A DNA stretch of 32,000 nt from Sinorhizobium meliloti (GTDB taxonomy: Bacteria; Pseudomonadota; Alphaproteobacteria; Rhizobiales; Rhizobiaceae). Position numbers and translations under genes: made by a program. The notes under the pieces were generated by a model, which was given only the letters and a program-made list of their open reading frames with translations, was not told where the DNA came from and did no database searches. Below are positions 1-10,147 of the stretch, piece by piece. The stretch spans positions 1,170,001 through 1,202,000 of the forward strand of contig NZ_JAGIOS010000001.1 in assembly GCF_017876815.1 (NCBI RefSeq), in the 5' to 3' direction. The first letter of the stretch is position 1; every line of letters starts with the position of its first letter.

Positions 1-1240
1 GGATCAGGCTGATGATCGTCGACTTGCCGGCGCCCGAGGGGCCGACGAGCGCGGTGGTCTTGCCGCCCTCCGCGCGGAAGCTGACGCCTTTGAGGATCTC
101 CTCGCCGGTGCCATAGGCGAAGCGCACGTCGCGCAATTCGACGGTCGCCTCGCCGAGCCTCAGCTCGGTGGCGTCCGGACGGTCGCGCTGGTGCGGCACC
201 GTGTCGAGAATCTCGTAGATCATGCGGGCATTGACGGCCGCGCGCTCCATCGAAACCTGCAGGCGCGCGAGACGCCGAGCCGGATCATAGGCCATGAGCA
301 GGGCGGTAACGAAGGCGAAGAACGCCCCGGGCGGCACGTTGTGATAGATCGTGCGGAAGGCCGCATAGGCAAGCACGCTCGAGATCGCCAGTCCCGCGAA
401 GGTCTCGGTCATCGGCGCCGTGCGCTCGCTGAGGCGCGCGATGCGGTTTGCCCGGTTCTCGGCACGATCGATGATAGACTCAACCTTGCGCCGCAATTCG
501 TTCTCCATCGTGAAGGCCTTGACGATGGTGATGCCCTGGATCGTCTCCTGCATGGCGCCGAGAACCCGGCTGTTGACCTCGACGGCCTCGCGCGTCGCCA
601 GGCGCAGGCGCCTCGAAATGTAGCGGAGCCCGAGGAGCAATGGCGGTGCGACGAAGAAGACGATCAACGACAGGAGCCAGTCCTTGCTGAACATGACCAC
701 GACCAGGCCGATCAGTGTCAGGAGGTCGCGGGCGATAGACGTGACCGTCATGTTGAGCACGTCGCGGATGCCGCTGACGTTCTGGCTGACTTTGGCGGCG
801 AGCTGGGCCGAGCGGTGCTCGTGGAAATAGCCGACGCTGAGCGCCATCAGATGCGCATAAAGCCGGCGCTGATAGCGCGCCACGATGTTGTTGCCGATCT
901 TGGAAAGGGCGACCGCCTGCCCGTAGGTCGCAAGCCCCCTGAGGACGAAGGCGGCGAAGATCGCACCGCAGATCAGGAGCACGATGTCGGCGCGCCTGTT
1001 GGCGAAAGCCTCGTTGACGACCGCCTCCATGATCCAGGCGGTGAAGCCGGTCGTCGCCGCCACCACGACAAGGCATGCGATTGCGAAAGCATAGCCGCGG
1101 ATGTGGTCGCGGCCGTTTTCGGCGATGACGCGCTTGAGGATTCCCGTGATCGTCTCGGAATCGACTGCGCGCTTGTTTCTATCCTTGGCGTTCAATAAGC
1201 CCGTCTTCCCTGAGCCCGCTCGCGTACCGCACCCCGGCAT
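1..1240 (-). CDS. ABC exporter with fused transmembrane and ATP-binding domains (MsbA/ABCB-like). Partial: the C-terminus lies beyond the window start.
   Basis: Absent from the ORF track because it runs off the window edge. My minus-strand translation from ATG 1240 (alternative TTG 1195, preceded by GGGAAG) reads ...ILKRVIAENGRDHIRGYAFAIACLVVVAATTGFTAWIMEAVVNEAF..., continues through a long hydrophobic domain, and ends ...VELRDVRFAYGTGEEILKGVSFRAEGGKTTALVGPSGAGKSTIISLI, with Walker A encoded at about 1-50. The listed + ORF 191..1198 is its antisense shadow. Confidence 0.85.
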   Translation of the reverse strand, partial: MPGCGTRAGSGKTGLLNAKDRNKRAVDSETITGILKRVIAENGRDHIRGYAFAIACLVVVAATTGFTAWIMEAVVNEAFANRRADIVLLICGAIFAAFVLRGLATYGQAVALSKIGNNIVARYQRRLYAHLMALSVGYFHEHRSAQLAAKVSQNVSGIRDVLNMTVTSIARDLLTLIGLVVVMFSKDWLLSLIVFFVAPPLLLGLRYISRRLRLATREAVEVNSRVLGAMQETIQGITIVKAFTMENELRRKVESIIDRAENRANRIARLSERTAPMTETFAGLAISSVLAYAAFRTIYHNVPPGAFFAFVTALLMAYDPARRLARLQVSMERAAVNARMIYEILDTVPHQRDRPDATELRLGEATVELRDVRFAYGTGEEILKGVSFRAEGGKTTALVGPSGAGKSTIISLI

Positions 1241-1303
1241 CGCTTTCGGGGGCTCTATAGTGCTTTGCTGCCGTTTTGGCGAGTCTCTGCGCCGGCCGCA
1301 GCG

Positions 1304-2323
1304 TCACCTTCTCCAACGGCGTCCCTCCATTGCAACACCGAAGTCCCTCGGCGTGCGGGCAAAGGCCGCGAGGCCGGAGAGCGCCGCCATGGGGTGAATG
1401 ACGGCGAAGGTCGGAATCGTCCGCATCAATGCCGAATGAGGCGCCTTGTCCTCGAAGGCCGCGCGAAATTCGGGCTTCGTCAGTGCCGGCAGTATCTTCT
1501 GCGAAATGCCGCCGGCAAGGAATACGCCGCCGCGCGCCATGAAGATCAGCGCCATGTCGCCGGCAACGCGCCCGAGATAGGTCGCAAAGAGCGACACGGT
1601 TTCGACCGCCGCCGCATCGGCGCCGGAGAGCGCGCTCGTCGTCACTGCCGCCTGATCCGCAAGAACCGCTTCCTCGCCATTGGCGGCGCAGACAGCGCGA
1701 TAGAGATTCATGATGCCGCGGCCGCACAGGATCTGCTCGCCGGCCATGCGTCCCTCGATCGGTTCGAGGAAGGGCCAGATCCGGAAGTCGCGCTCCGTCC
1801 GGGGACCTATATCGACATGACCGCCCTCGCCGGGCACGGGTATCCAGGTATGCTGCGCATAGACCAGTCCGGCGACGCCCAGACCGGTTCCCGGGCCGAG
1901 CACGACGCGCGAATGGAAGGGCCGGACGGCTCCGCCGCCGATCTGAACGACATCCTGATCGGCCGGCGCGGCGATGGCGAGCGCCTGGGCCTCGAAGTCG
2001 TTGATGACCAGCACATCCTCCAGCCCGAGGCTCGCCAGCATGTCCTTCGGACGAATCACCCAGCCGGCATTCGTCAGCGGTATCTCGTCGCCCTTGATCG
2101 GCCCGGCCACGGCGAGGATCGCCGAGCGCGGCTGGACGGAGGTCTTGTCGAGGATGCCTTTCTGCATCGCCTCCTCGATCGTGGCGAAATCGCCCGTTCT
2201 GATCGGGGCCAACTGCTTCGGTTCGCCGTAGGCGTCGGTGAGCAGTGCGAAGCGGGCATTGGTGCCGCCGATGTCGCCGATCAGGATCGGAAAGGGAAAG
2301 CTGTGTTCACTCGCATTGGGCAT
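1304..2323 (-). CDS. glk: Glucokinase
   Basis: 339-aa ORF. The N-terminus [18 protein letters not shown] carries the DxGGTNxR ATP-binding motif of Glk-family kinases, and the length is typical. Confidence 0.93.
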   Translation of the reverse strand: MPNASEHSFPFPILIGDIGGTNARFALLTDAYGEPKQLAPIRTGDFATIEEAMQKGILDKTSVQPRSAILAVAGPIKGDEIPLTNAGWVIRPKDMLASLGLEDVLVINDFEAQALAIAAPADQDVVQIGGGAVRPFHSRVVLGPGTGLGVAGLVYAQHTWIPVPGEGGHVDIGPRTERDFRIWPFLEPIEGRMAGEQILCGRGIMNLYRAVCAANGEEAVLADQAAVTTSALSGADAAAVETVSLFATYLGRVAGDMALIFMARGGVFLAGGISQKILPALTKPEFRAAFEDKAPHSALMRTIPTFAVIHPMAALSGLAAFARTPRDFGVAMEGRRWRR

Positions 2324-2384
2324 GGAAGAAGTCCGTCCTGGTCGCGGTGTGAGTGTCGCGGCGTGAAGGTCCCGGGATTATGTA

Positions 2385-2765
2385 TCAGTTGCGCCTGAAG
2401 TCGATCAACTGCTCGGCAGTCGCGCGGTTGAGCGCCATCGGGATGTCATAGACGATCGCCAGGCGCATCAGTGCCTTGACATCGACGTCGTGCGGCATGG
2501 CCGTCAACGGATCGACGAAGAAGATCAGGCAGTCCACGTCGCCCGTGGCGATCAGCGCGCCTATCTGCTGGTCGCCGCCGAGCGGACCGCTCTTCAACCG
2601 GACGATGTCGAGCGCCGGACACACGTCGAGAACACGGCCGCCGGTGGTCCCCGTGGCGACGATCTTCCACTTGGACAGGACCGCCTCGTTCGCCTTTGCA
2701 AAAGCCGCGAGGTCATCCTTCTTCTGATCATGGGCGATCAGGGCGAGACATTTCCGATCTGCCAT
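2385..2765 (-). CDS. mgsA: Methylglyoxal synthase
   Basis: [15 protein letters not shown]...GTTGGRV...[12 protein letters not shown]...[23 protein letters not shown] matches the MgsA family. I moved the start from the track position (2825) to ATG 2765 (MADRKCL...), which is preceded by GAGGGGG. Confidence 0.9.
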   Translation of the reverse strand: MADRKCLALIAHDQKKDDLAAFAKANEAVLSKWKIVATGTTGGRVLDVCPALDIVRLKSGPLGGDQQIGALIATGDVDCLIFFVDPLTAMPHDVDVKALMRLAIVYDIPMALNRATAEQLIDFRRN

Positions 2766-2852
2766 GCGAGAGCCCCCTCGGCGAAAGTACATGGAGCGGT
2801 TGGGCGGCTCGATTGGCGCGCGCAAACGAACCGTTTAAATCGATTTGAAGGG

Positions 2853-2880
2853 CCTATACATGAGCACCGTGAATTTGCAA
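2853..2880 (-). promoter_or_regulatory. Candidate sigma70-type promoter upstream of mgsA
   Basis: The minus strand reads TTGCAA (2880-2875), a 16-nt spacer, then TATAGG (2858-2853), about 90 nt upstream of the mgsA ATG. This is a pattern match only. Confidence 0.2.
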
Positions 2881-2885
2881 AGGCG

Positions 2886-3965
2886 CTATTGCAGCCCGGG
2901 CCGCGGCGAGGGTACCGGAATGTTTGCGAGCGGCGCTTCGCCGGCCGCCTCGATCACGGCCTCTATGCTGGTCGCGGCAGCGGGAATTGCGGCAGGGGCG
3001 CGATAGGCGGTGCCGTAGGTAGCCTCCTGTTCGGAAGCGGGTGCGGGGCCGTTCAGCACCAGCGCGCAGGCCTTCGGCAGATCGGCAAGCTTCGCGAATT
3101 TCGGCTTCGGCGGCTTCGCTCCGGGTTTCTGCTTCGGCTTTGCCCAGGGCTCGTCCGTGAACCACCAGGCGAGCGACTTGTCGCAGCCGTCACCCGCCGG
3201 AACCACGGCCTGGTCCTTGCAGCCCTTGGAACCTGGAGGGCATTTGATCCGGATGTGGAAATGATAGTCGTGGCCGTAGATCGGCCGGACCTTGCCGAGT
3301 GCGGCGCGGTCGCCGCGCCAGGTGTCGCAGAGCTTCTTCTTGATGGCGGGATTGACGAAGACCCGTTCGACCTGCGGATAGCTCGCCGCCATCATGATCA
3401 GCCGGGCGTGAGAGGGTGTCCAGATGGAGGGATCGACCGTCAGGAACTTGCTCTTGTCGAGCATGGACGTCGCGGAAATCGTCTCGCGTTCCTGGTAGCT
3501 CAGCGTTCTTTGCGGCATCGGCGTCAGCCAGATATCGGCATCGAGCCCGATCTGATGCGAAGCGTGACCCGAAAGCATCGGACCGCCGCGCGGCTGCGAG
3601 ATATCGCCGAGCAGAAGGCCGGGCCAGCCGATCTTCTCGACGGCATCGTGGGAGAAGCGCTCGATCAGCGCGATCATCGCGGGATGCCCCCAGCGGCGGT
3701 TTCGCGAGAGGCGCATCGCCTGCCATGTCGGGCCGTCGGTGGGGATGGCGACCCCACCGGCAAGGCAGCCCTTGGAGTAGAACCCGAACGAAGCCGGCGC
3801 CGCCTGCATCGGCAAGTCCTTGGCGCCGAAGAGCTCCTTGGCCGGGGGAGCGTCGTTCGCAGCCGCCTCGGCGGAGACGAGGCTCACCCCCATGATCAGA
3901 GCCAGGACGGTCGAACCGCAGCGCCGAAGCGCAGCACGCGCATCAAATTTCATTCCATTCCCCAT
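2886..3965 (-). CDS. mepA: Penicillin-insensitive murein DD-endopeptidase (peptidase M74, MepA-like) with an extra Pro/Ala/Lys-rich C-terminal tail
   Basis: N-terminal signal peptide (MKFDARAALRRCGSTVLALIMGVSLVSAEAAA). His motifs HASHQIGLDADIW and GHDYHFHIRIKCP are typical of LAS-fold MepA. The start may instead be the internal Met 4 codons downstream. Confidence 0.85.
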   Translation of the reverse strand: MGNGMKFDARAALRRCGSTVLALIMGVSLVSAEAAANDAPPAKELFGAKDLPMQAAPASFGFYSKGCLAGGVAIPTDGPTWQAMRLSRNRRWGHPAMIALIERFSHDAVEKIGWPGLLLGDISQPRGGPMLSGHASHQIGLDADIWLTPMPQRTLSYQERETISATSMLDKSKFLTVDPSIWTPSHARLIMMAASYPQVERVFVNPAIKKKLCDTWRGDRAALGKVRPIYGHDYHFHIRIKCPPGSKGCKDQAVVPAGDGCDKSLAWWFTDEPWAKPKQKPGAKPPKPKFAKLADLPKACALVLNGPAPASEQEATYGTAYRAPAAIPAAATSIEAVIEAAGEAPLANIPVPSPRPGLQ

Positions 3966-3972
3966 GACCTTG

Positions 3973-4078
3973 CTTGCTGCATGTTTTCTTGCTCGTCCCG
4001 ATCAAAGGACAAAACATGCAGCAACCTGAAGCGTTGCAGCGACCTCTGCGCGTCTGACGGGACGCGCGGCGCCCTCAG
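3973..4078 (-). repeat. Structured intergenic repeat, family 2, copy 1 (reverse orientation relative to copy 2 at 15080-15186)
   Basis: The reverse complement aligns by eye with 15080-15186: GCGCCGCGCGTC..TCAGACGCGCA.AGGTCGCTG......TGCTGCATGTTTTGTCCTTT.ATCGG....AAACATGC. It contains a 12-bp perfect stem, gctgcatgtttt (3976-3987) with aaaacatgcagc (4011-4022). Confidence 0.8.
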
Positions 4079-4244
4079 TCCGCTGCCCTCTCCTATCCTG
4101 ATTCGCCGCGGTTGCAGCAGCCTTGCGACTCACCGGGATGTGACCGAAGAATTTCGCCTGATTTTGGGCAAGTCCTGTCAATTGCCCTGATTTCGCCTAT
4201 GTTCGTTAAAAAGAACATTGAGACAAAAAAGGGGTACCGGCCGG

Positions 4245-6104
4245 ATGCCAAACTTCTGCAGGACCGTGAAGCCTGGCCTCGCGGCCTCGCTTCTGACAGC
4301 AGCGCTTCTCCTCCTTCCTCCTGCGTCCAATGCCGAGGAACAACCCGTCTGGCACCACGCTACGTCGTCGATCGGAGAACCCAAATACAAGGACGGCTTC
4401 GCGCGCTTCGATTACGTCAACCCGGATGCTCCAAAGGGCGGAGAACTGCGGCTCTCGGAGAGCGGGACGTTCGACTCGTTCAACCCGATCCTCGCCAAGG
4501 GCGAGGTGGCGACGGGCGTTTCTTCGCTGGTCTTCGAAACACTCCTGAAATCCGCCGAGGACGAGATCACCACCTCCTACGGCCTGCTCGCAGAGGGCAT
4601 CTCATATCCGGACGATATTTCCTCCGCCACTTTTCGCCTGCGGGCAGAGGCCAAGTGGGCAGACGGCAAACCGGTGACGCCGGAGGATGTCGTCTTCTCC
4701 TTCGATATGGTGAAAGAGCACAATCCGCTTTTTTCCAACTACTACCGCCACGTGATTTCGGCGGAAAAGACAGGCGAGCGCGACGTCACCTTCCGTTTCG
4801 ACGAGAAGAATAACCACGAACTGCCGAACATTCTCGGCCAGTTTCCGATCCTGCCGAAGCACTGGTGGGAAGGGCAGGACGCCAAGGGCAGCAAGCGCGA
4901 TATCAGCCGCACGACGCTGGAGCCGGTCATGGGCTCCGGCCCCTATAAGATCGCCTCGTTCCAAGCGGGCGGCTCGATCCGCTTCGAATTGCGGGACGAC
5001 TATTGGGGCAAGGATCTCAACGTGAATGTCGGCCGATATAATTTCCGCACCATCAATTACGCCTTCTTCAGCGACAGGAGCGTGCAGTTCGAGGCCTTCC
5101 GTGCCGGCAATGTCGATTTCTATCAGGACAACAGCGCAAGCCATTGGGCCACGGCCTACGACTTTCCGGCAATGAAGGACGGCCGGGTTATCCGAGAGGA
5201 AATCGAAAACCCGCTGCGTGCTACCGGCATAATGCAGGCCTTCGTGCCCAATATGCGCCGCGAAAAATTCAAGGACCAGCGGGTGCGCCAGGCGTTGAAC
5301 TATGCCTTCGACTTCGAGGATCTGAATCGCAGCCTCGCACACAATGCGTTTCAGCGCGTCGACAGTTATTTCTGGGGCACGGAGCTTGCCTCCTCCGGCT
5401 TGCCCGAAGGGCGCGAGAAAGAAATCCTTGAAGAACTGAAAGACAAGGTTCCTGCCGCCGTTTTCACCACGCCCTACAAGAACCCTGTCAACGGCGATCC
5501 GCAAAAGGTGCGCGACAACTTGCGCAAGGCGCTCGCACTCTTCAAGGAGGCGGGTTACGAACTGAAGGGCAGCCGATTGGTGAACGCGAAGACCGGCGAG
5601 CCGTTCAGCTTCGAGATCCTTCTGTCCAATCCTACCTTCGAGCGTACGGTCACACCGTTCGTGAACAGCGTGAGGAAGATCGGGATAGATGCTCGCATCC
5701 GCACCGTCGACGACTCGCAATACACCAACCGCGTCAGAAGTTATGACTATGACATGATCTACGGCATCTGGGCGCAAACGCTCGTGCCCGGCAACGAACA
5801 GAGCGACTATTGGGGTTCGGCCTCAGTCAACCAGCCGGGATCAAGGAACTATGCCGGCATCGCTGATCCGGCGATCGACGAACTTATCCGGAGAATTGTC
5901 TTCGCGCCGAACCGCGAAGAGCTGGTCGCGACGACACGGGCTCTCGACCGCGTCCTTCTCGCGCATCACTACGTCGTGCCGCTCTTCTACTCGAAGGCCT
6001 TGCGCGTTGCCTACTGGAACCACCTGGCCCGCCCGAAGGAGCTTCCCTATTACGGGATGGATTTCCCGGATGCGTGGTGGTCGAAAAACACGGCTGCAAA
6101 ATGA
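4245..6104 (+). CDS. yejA: Periplasmic solute-binding protein, family 5 (YejA-type oligopeptide binding protein)
   Basis: The track ORF 4218..6104 starts at TTG. ATG 4245 (MPNFCRTVKPGLAASLLTAALLLLPPASNA, a signal peptide) is preceded by AAGGGG. The roughly 620-aa size class and synteny with yejBEF-type genes support the call. Confidence 0.88.
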   Translation: MPNFCRTVKPGLAASLLTAALLLLPPASNAEEQPVWHHATSSIGEPKYKDGFARFDYVNPDAPKGGELRLSESGTFDSFNPILAKGEVATGVSSLVFETLLKSAEDEITTSYGLLAEGISYPDDISSATFRLRAEAKWADGKPVTPEDVVFSFDMVKEHNPLFSNYYRHVISAEKTGERDVTFRFDEKNNHELPNILGQFPILPKHWWEGQDAKGSKRDISRTTLEPVMGSGPYKIASFQAGGSIRFELRDDYWGKDLNVNVGRYNFRTINYAFFSDRSVQFEAFRAGNVDFYQDNSASHWATAYDFPAMKDGRVIREEIENPLRATGIMQAFVPNMRREKFKDQRVRQALNYAFDFEDLNRSLAHNAFQRVDSYFWGTELASSGLPEGREKEILEELKDKVPAAVFTTPYKNPVNGDPQKVRDNLRKALALFKEAGYELKGSRLVNAKTGEPFSFEILLSNPTFERTVTPFVNSVRKIGIDARIRTVDDSQYTNRVRSYDYDMIYGIWAQTLVPGNEQSDYWGSASVNQPGSRNYAGIADPAIDELIRRIVFAPNREELVATTRALDRVLLAHHYVVPLFYSKALRVAYWNHLARPKELPYYGMDFPDAWWSKNTAAK

Positions 6105-6284
6105 AGCTCTTGCGCTCAGGCGCTCTCTCGATTCCAAATGCGGGAAACGAATCACGAAACACGAACGGCTCCGCAGAGGCCGCAGCCGCTGGGAGATGCA
6201 GGATTTGAGGCACATTAGAGCAATTCCAGTCGACGCTGCGCCGGTCTGCTTCGCCAGCAATTCGTCGATCCAGAGGTTCGCCTG

Positions 6285-7367
6285 ATGGGTGCCTATATCC
6301 TGCGCCGGCTCCTGCTGATGATCCCGACGATCGTCGGCATCATGGCGATCTCCTTCGCCGTCGTGCAGTTTGCGCCGGGCGGGCCGGTGGAACAGGTGAT
6401 CTCCGACCTCACCAACGCGGCAGGCTCTGACAGGCTTTCCGGCAATGCCGGCGACCTCATGCCTGTCGGCGGTGGCGACGGCGGGCAGTATCGCGGGGCG
6501 CAAGGGCTCGATCCCGATTTCATCGCCAAGCTCGAGAAACAGTTCGGCTTCGACAAGCCGCCGCTCGAGCGCTTCGTCACCATGATGTGGGACTATATGC
6601 GCTTCGACTTCGGCGAGAGCTTCTTCCGCAATACGCCGGTCATCGACCTCATCATCCAGAAAATGCCGGTTTCGATCTCGCTCGGGGTCTGGATCCTCAT
6701 ATTTTCCTATGCCATCTCGATCCCGCTCGGCATCAAGAAAGCGGTCTCCGACGGTTCGACCTTCGACGTCTGGACCTCGGGCGTCATCATCGTCGGCTAT
6801 GCGGTGCCGAGTTTCCTCTTCGGCATTCTCCTGATCGTGCTTTTTGCCGGCGGATCCTTCTTCGACTGGTTCCCCTTGCGCGGCCTGGTCTCGGACAATT
6901 TCGACCAGCTTTCCTGGTACGAGAAGATAATCGATTATTTCTGGCACATGACGCTGCCGCTGATCACGCTTCTGCTCTCCGCCTTCGCGACCACCACGCT
7001 GCTCACGAAGAATTCCTTCATCGACGAGATCAAGAAGCAATATGTGACGACGGCGCGGGCCAAGGGTCTGACCGAGCGGCGCGTTCTCTACGGACACGTG
7101 TTCCGCAACGCGATGCTGATCATCATTGCGGGCTTTCCCGGCGCCTTCATCTCCGCCTTCTTCACCGGGTCGCTGCTCATCGAATACATCTTCTCGCTCG
7201 ATGGGCTGGGGCGGCTCGGCTACGACGCGGTCGTCAAGCGCGACTATCCGATCGTCTTCGCGACCCTCTTCATCTACTCGCTGATGGGGCTTGTCGTGAG
7301 CCTCGTCTCCGACCTCATCTATACCTGGGTCGACCCGCGCATCGATTTCGAGCGGAGGGACGTCTGA
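6285..7367 (+). CDS. yejB: ABC peptide transporter permease (YejB/DppB-like)
   Basis: [34 protein letters not shown] is a typical DppB/OppB/YejB N-terminus. The protein is multi-pass hydrophobic, and AGAGG lies upstream of the ATG. Confidence 0.9.
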   Translation: MGAYILRRLLLMIPTIVGIMAISFAVVQFAPGGPVEQVISDLTNAAGSDRLSGNAGDLMPVGGGDGGQYRGAQGLDPDFIAKLEKQFGFDKPPLERFVTMMWDYMRFDFGESFFRNTPVIDLIIQKMPVSISLGVWILIFSYAISIPLGIKKAVSDGSTFDVWTSGVIIVGYAVPSFLFGILLIVLFAGGSFFDWFPLRGLVSDNFDQLSWYEKIIDYFWHMTLPLITLLLSAFATTTLLTKNSFIDEIKKQYVTTARAKGLTERRVLYGHVFRNAMLIIIAGFPGAFISAFFTGSLLIEYIFSLDGLGRLGYDAVVKRDYPIVFATLFIYSLMGLVVSLVSDLIYTWVDPRIDFERRDV

Positions 7368-8500
7368 TGAGCACCGCTACCGCCTATGCCGGCGCGCCGG
7401 AAAAGGGCTGGCTCACGCCGATCGGGCGCCGCCGCTGGCAGAACTTCAAGGCCAACCGCCGCGGCTACTGGTCCCTCTGGCTCTTCCTCCTCCTCTTCGG
7501 CCTCAGCCTGTTTGCCGAGTTCATCGCCAACGACAAGCCGATCCTCGCCTCCTATAAGGGCGAGATCCTGGTCCCGGTGCTGTTCGATTATCCGGAAGAG
7601 AAATTCGGCGGCTTCCTCGCCGAAACCGACTATCGCTCCGACTTCATCCGCGACGAGATCGGGGCGAACGGCTGGATGATCTGGCCGCCGATCCGCTATT
7701 CCTACCAGACGGTCAACTCCAGCATCCCCCATTCGGCGCCCACGCCTCCCTTCTGGCTGATGAGCGAGGAGGAGCGCTGCTCCGCCTACCCGCAAGGGGC
7801 CGACGACCCCGGATGCATAGCCGGCAACCTGAACTGGCTCGGTACCGACGACCAGGCGCGCGACGTGATGGCGCGGATGATCTACGGGTTTCGCATCTCG
7901 GTCCTTTTCGGTCTCGCGCTGACAATCGCCTCGGCGGTCATCGGCGTTTCGGCCGGTGCCGTGCAGGGCTATTTCGGCGGCTGGACGGATCTGCTCATGC
8001 AGCGTTTCATCGAGATCTGGTCGTCGATGCCGGTGCTCTACATCCTGCTCATCATCGCCGCCATCCTGCCGCCGGGCTTCTTCATCCTGCTCGGCATCAT
8101 GCTGCTCTTTTCCTGGGTCGGCTTCGTCGGCGTCGTCAGGGCCGAATTCCTGCGCGCCCGCAATTTCGAATATGTCAACGCGGCGCGCGCGCTCGGCGTC
8201 GGCAACGGCACCATCATGTACCGGCACCTGCTGCCGAACGCGATGGTGGCGACGCTCACCTTCCTGCCCTTCATTCTTTCGGGCTCGATCACCACGCTGA
8301 CCTCGCTCGACTTTCTCGGCTTCGGCATGCCTCCTGGTTCCCCGTCGCTCGGCGAGATGATCGCGCAGGGCAAGTCCAACCTGCAGGCGCCCTGGCTGGG
8401 GCTGACCGCCTTCTTCGCCATGTCGATCATGCTGTCGCTTTTGATCTTCGTCGGCGAAGCGACGCGCGACGCCTTCGACCCGAGAAAGACGTTCCGGTGA
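7367..8500 (+). CDS. yejE: ABC peptide transporter permease (YejE/DppC-like)
   Basis: The real start is ATG 7367 ([38 protein letters not shown]), overlapping the yejB stop as TGATG. NWLGTDDQARDVMARMIYGFRISVLFG is a DppC/OppC-type motif. The track ORF 6587..8500 is an artificial 5' extension. Confidence 0.9.
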   Translation: MSTATAYAGAPEKGWLTPIGRRRWQNFKANRRGYWSLWLFLLLFGLSLFAEFIANDKPILASYKGEILVPVLFDYPEEKFGGFLAETDYRSDFIRDEIGANGWMIWPPIRYSYQTVNSSIPHSAPTPPFWLMSEEERCSAYPQGADDPGCIAGNLNWLGTDDQARDVMARMIYGFRISVLFGLALTIASAVIGVSAGAVQGYFGGWTDLLMQRFIEIWSSMPVLYILLIIAAILPPGFFILLGIMLLFSWVGFVGVVRAEFLRARNFEYVNAARALGVGNGTIMYRHLLPNAMVATLTFLPFILSGSITTLTSLDFLGFGMPPGSPSLGEMIAQGKSNLQAPWLGLTAFFAMSIMLSLLIFVGEATRDAFDPRKTFR

Positions 8501-8508
8501 GCGCGACG

Positions 8509-10137
8509 ATGACAGATACCCTCCTCTCCGTGCGCGACCTCTCCGTCGCCTTTCACCAGGGCGGCGAAACGTCGCTTGCGGTCGACCGCATCTCCTTCGA
8601 CATCAAGCGCGGCGAGACCGTGGCGCTAGTCGGGGAGTCCGGTTCGGGCAAATCGGTCTCCGCCAACTCGATCCTGAAGCTCCTGCCCTACCCCGCCGCA
8701 AGCCATCCGAGCGGCGAAATCCTCTTCAACGGGAAGGACCTCCTGAAGGCGAGCGACGACGAGCTCAGGCATGTTCGCGGCAACGACGTCACGATGATTT
8801 TCCAGGAGCCGATGACGTCGCTCAATCCGTTGCACACGATCGAGCAGCAGATCGGCGAAATCCTGGAGATCCATCAGGACCTCAAGGGTGCGGCCGCCCG
8901 CGCGAGAACGCTGGAGCTCCTGGAACAGGTCGGCATCCGCGAGGCGGAAAAGCGCCTCGGGGCCTACCCGCATCAGCTCTCGGGCGGCCAGCGCCAGCGC
9001 GTAATGATAGCCATGGCGCTTGCCAACCGTCCGGAGCTCCTGATCGCCGACGAGCCGACCACGGCGCTCGACGTCACGGTGCAGGCGCAGATCCTCGAGC
9101 TTTTGAAGTCGCTCAAGGACGAGCACGGCATGTCCATGCTGTTCATCACCCACGACCTCGGCATCGTCCGCAAGATCGCCGATCGGGTCTGCGTGATGAC
9201 AAAGGGCAAGATCGTCGAGACCGGGCCGACCGCCGAGATCTTCGCCAATCCGCAGCACGCCTATACCCGCCACCTGCTTGCCTCCGAGCCGCGGGGCGAA
9301 CCGCCGCCCTCGGATGCCTCGAGGCCGATCGTGATCGAAGCCAAGGACATGAAGGTCTGGTTTCCCATCAAGGCGGGCTTCCTGCGCCGGGTGGTCGACC
9401 ACGTCAAGGCGGTGGACGGCATCGACCTGACGCTCCGCGCCGGTCAGACGCTGGGCGTGGTCGGCGAGTCCGGTTCCGGCAAGACGACGCTTGGCCTTGC
9501 GCTGACGCGGCTGATCTCGTCCAAGGGCCGCATCGCCTTCGTCGGGGAAGACATCGACGCCTACAGTTTCCGCGAGATGCGGCCGCTCAGAAACCGGATG
9601 CAGGTGGTCTTCCAGGATCCTTACGGATCGCTGAGCCCGCGCATGTCGATCGCCGACATTATCGGCGAGGGTTTGAAGATCCACGAGAAGGCGCTGACGG
9701 ACGGCGAGCGCGACCAGCGCGTCGCCGCAGCACTGGAAGAGGTCGGCCTCGATCCCGCCACGCGCTGGCGCTATCCGCACGAATTTTCCGGCGGTCAGCG
9801 CCAGCGCATCGCGATCGCCCGGGCGATGGTGCTGAAGCCCCAGTTCGTCATGCTCGACGAGCCGACCTCCGCCCTCGACATGAGCGTGCAGGCCCAGGTG
9901 GTCGATCTCCTGCGCGATCTCCAGCGCAAGCACAATCTCGCCTATCTCTTTATCAGCCATGATCTCAGGGTCGTGCGCGCGCTCGCCAACGAGGTGATCG
10001 TCATGCGGCTCGGCAAGGTCGTGGAACAGGGACCCGCCGAGCGCATCTTCGAGGCACCGACGGAAGACTATACCAAGGCGCTGATGGCCGCCGCTTTCAA
10101 CCTCGAAGCGGTCAATCTCGCCGCCGTTCATCAGTAG
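8509..10137 (+). CDS. yejF: ABC transporter ATPase with two fused nucleotide-binding cassettes (YejF-like)
   Basis: Two Walker A motifs ([18 protein letters not shown]), two signature motifs ([16 protein letters not shown]) and two Walker B motifs ([23 protein letters not shown]). The start is ATG 8509 ([13 protein letters not shown]), or GTG 8497 overlapping the yejE stop. Confidence 0.92.
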   Translation: MTDTLLSVRDLSVAFHQGGETSLAVDRISFDIKRGETVALVGESGSGKSVSANSILKLLPYPAASHPSGEILFNGKDLLKASDDELRHVRGNDVTMIFQEPMTSLNPLHTIEQQIGEILEIHQDLKGAAARARTLELLEQVGIREAEKRLGAYPHQLSGGQRQRVMIAMALANRPELLIADEPTTALDVTVQAQILELLKSLKDEHGMSMLFITHDLGIVRKIADRVCVMTKGKIVETGPTAEIFANPQHAYTRHLLASEPRGEPPPSDASRPIVIEAKDMKVWFPIKAGFLRRVVDHVKAVDGIDLTLRAGQTLGVVGESGSGKTTLGLALTRLISSKGRIAFVGEDIDAYSFREMRPLRNRMQVVFQDPYGSLSPRMSIADIIGEGLKIHEKALTDGERDQRVAAALEEVGLDPATRWRYPHEFSGGQRQRIAIARAMVLKPQFVMLDEPTSALDMSVQAQVVDLLRDLQRKHNLAYLFISHDLRVVRALANEVIVMRLGKVVEQGPAERIFEAPTEDYTKALMAAAFNLEAVNLAAVHQ

Positions 10138-10147
10138 AGTTTCTCCC

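Noticed and set aside
6587-8500. 5'-extended versions of real genes in the ORF track: 6587..8500, 7813..10137, 17610..18806, 15227..16570, 14029..14970, 2385..2825, 25349..25546, 4218..6104.
   Set aside because: The extensions overlap upstream genes or repeats in another frame and lack family similarity. Internal starts with Shine-Dalgarno sequences give N-termini typical of each family.
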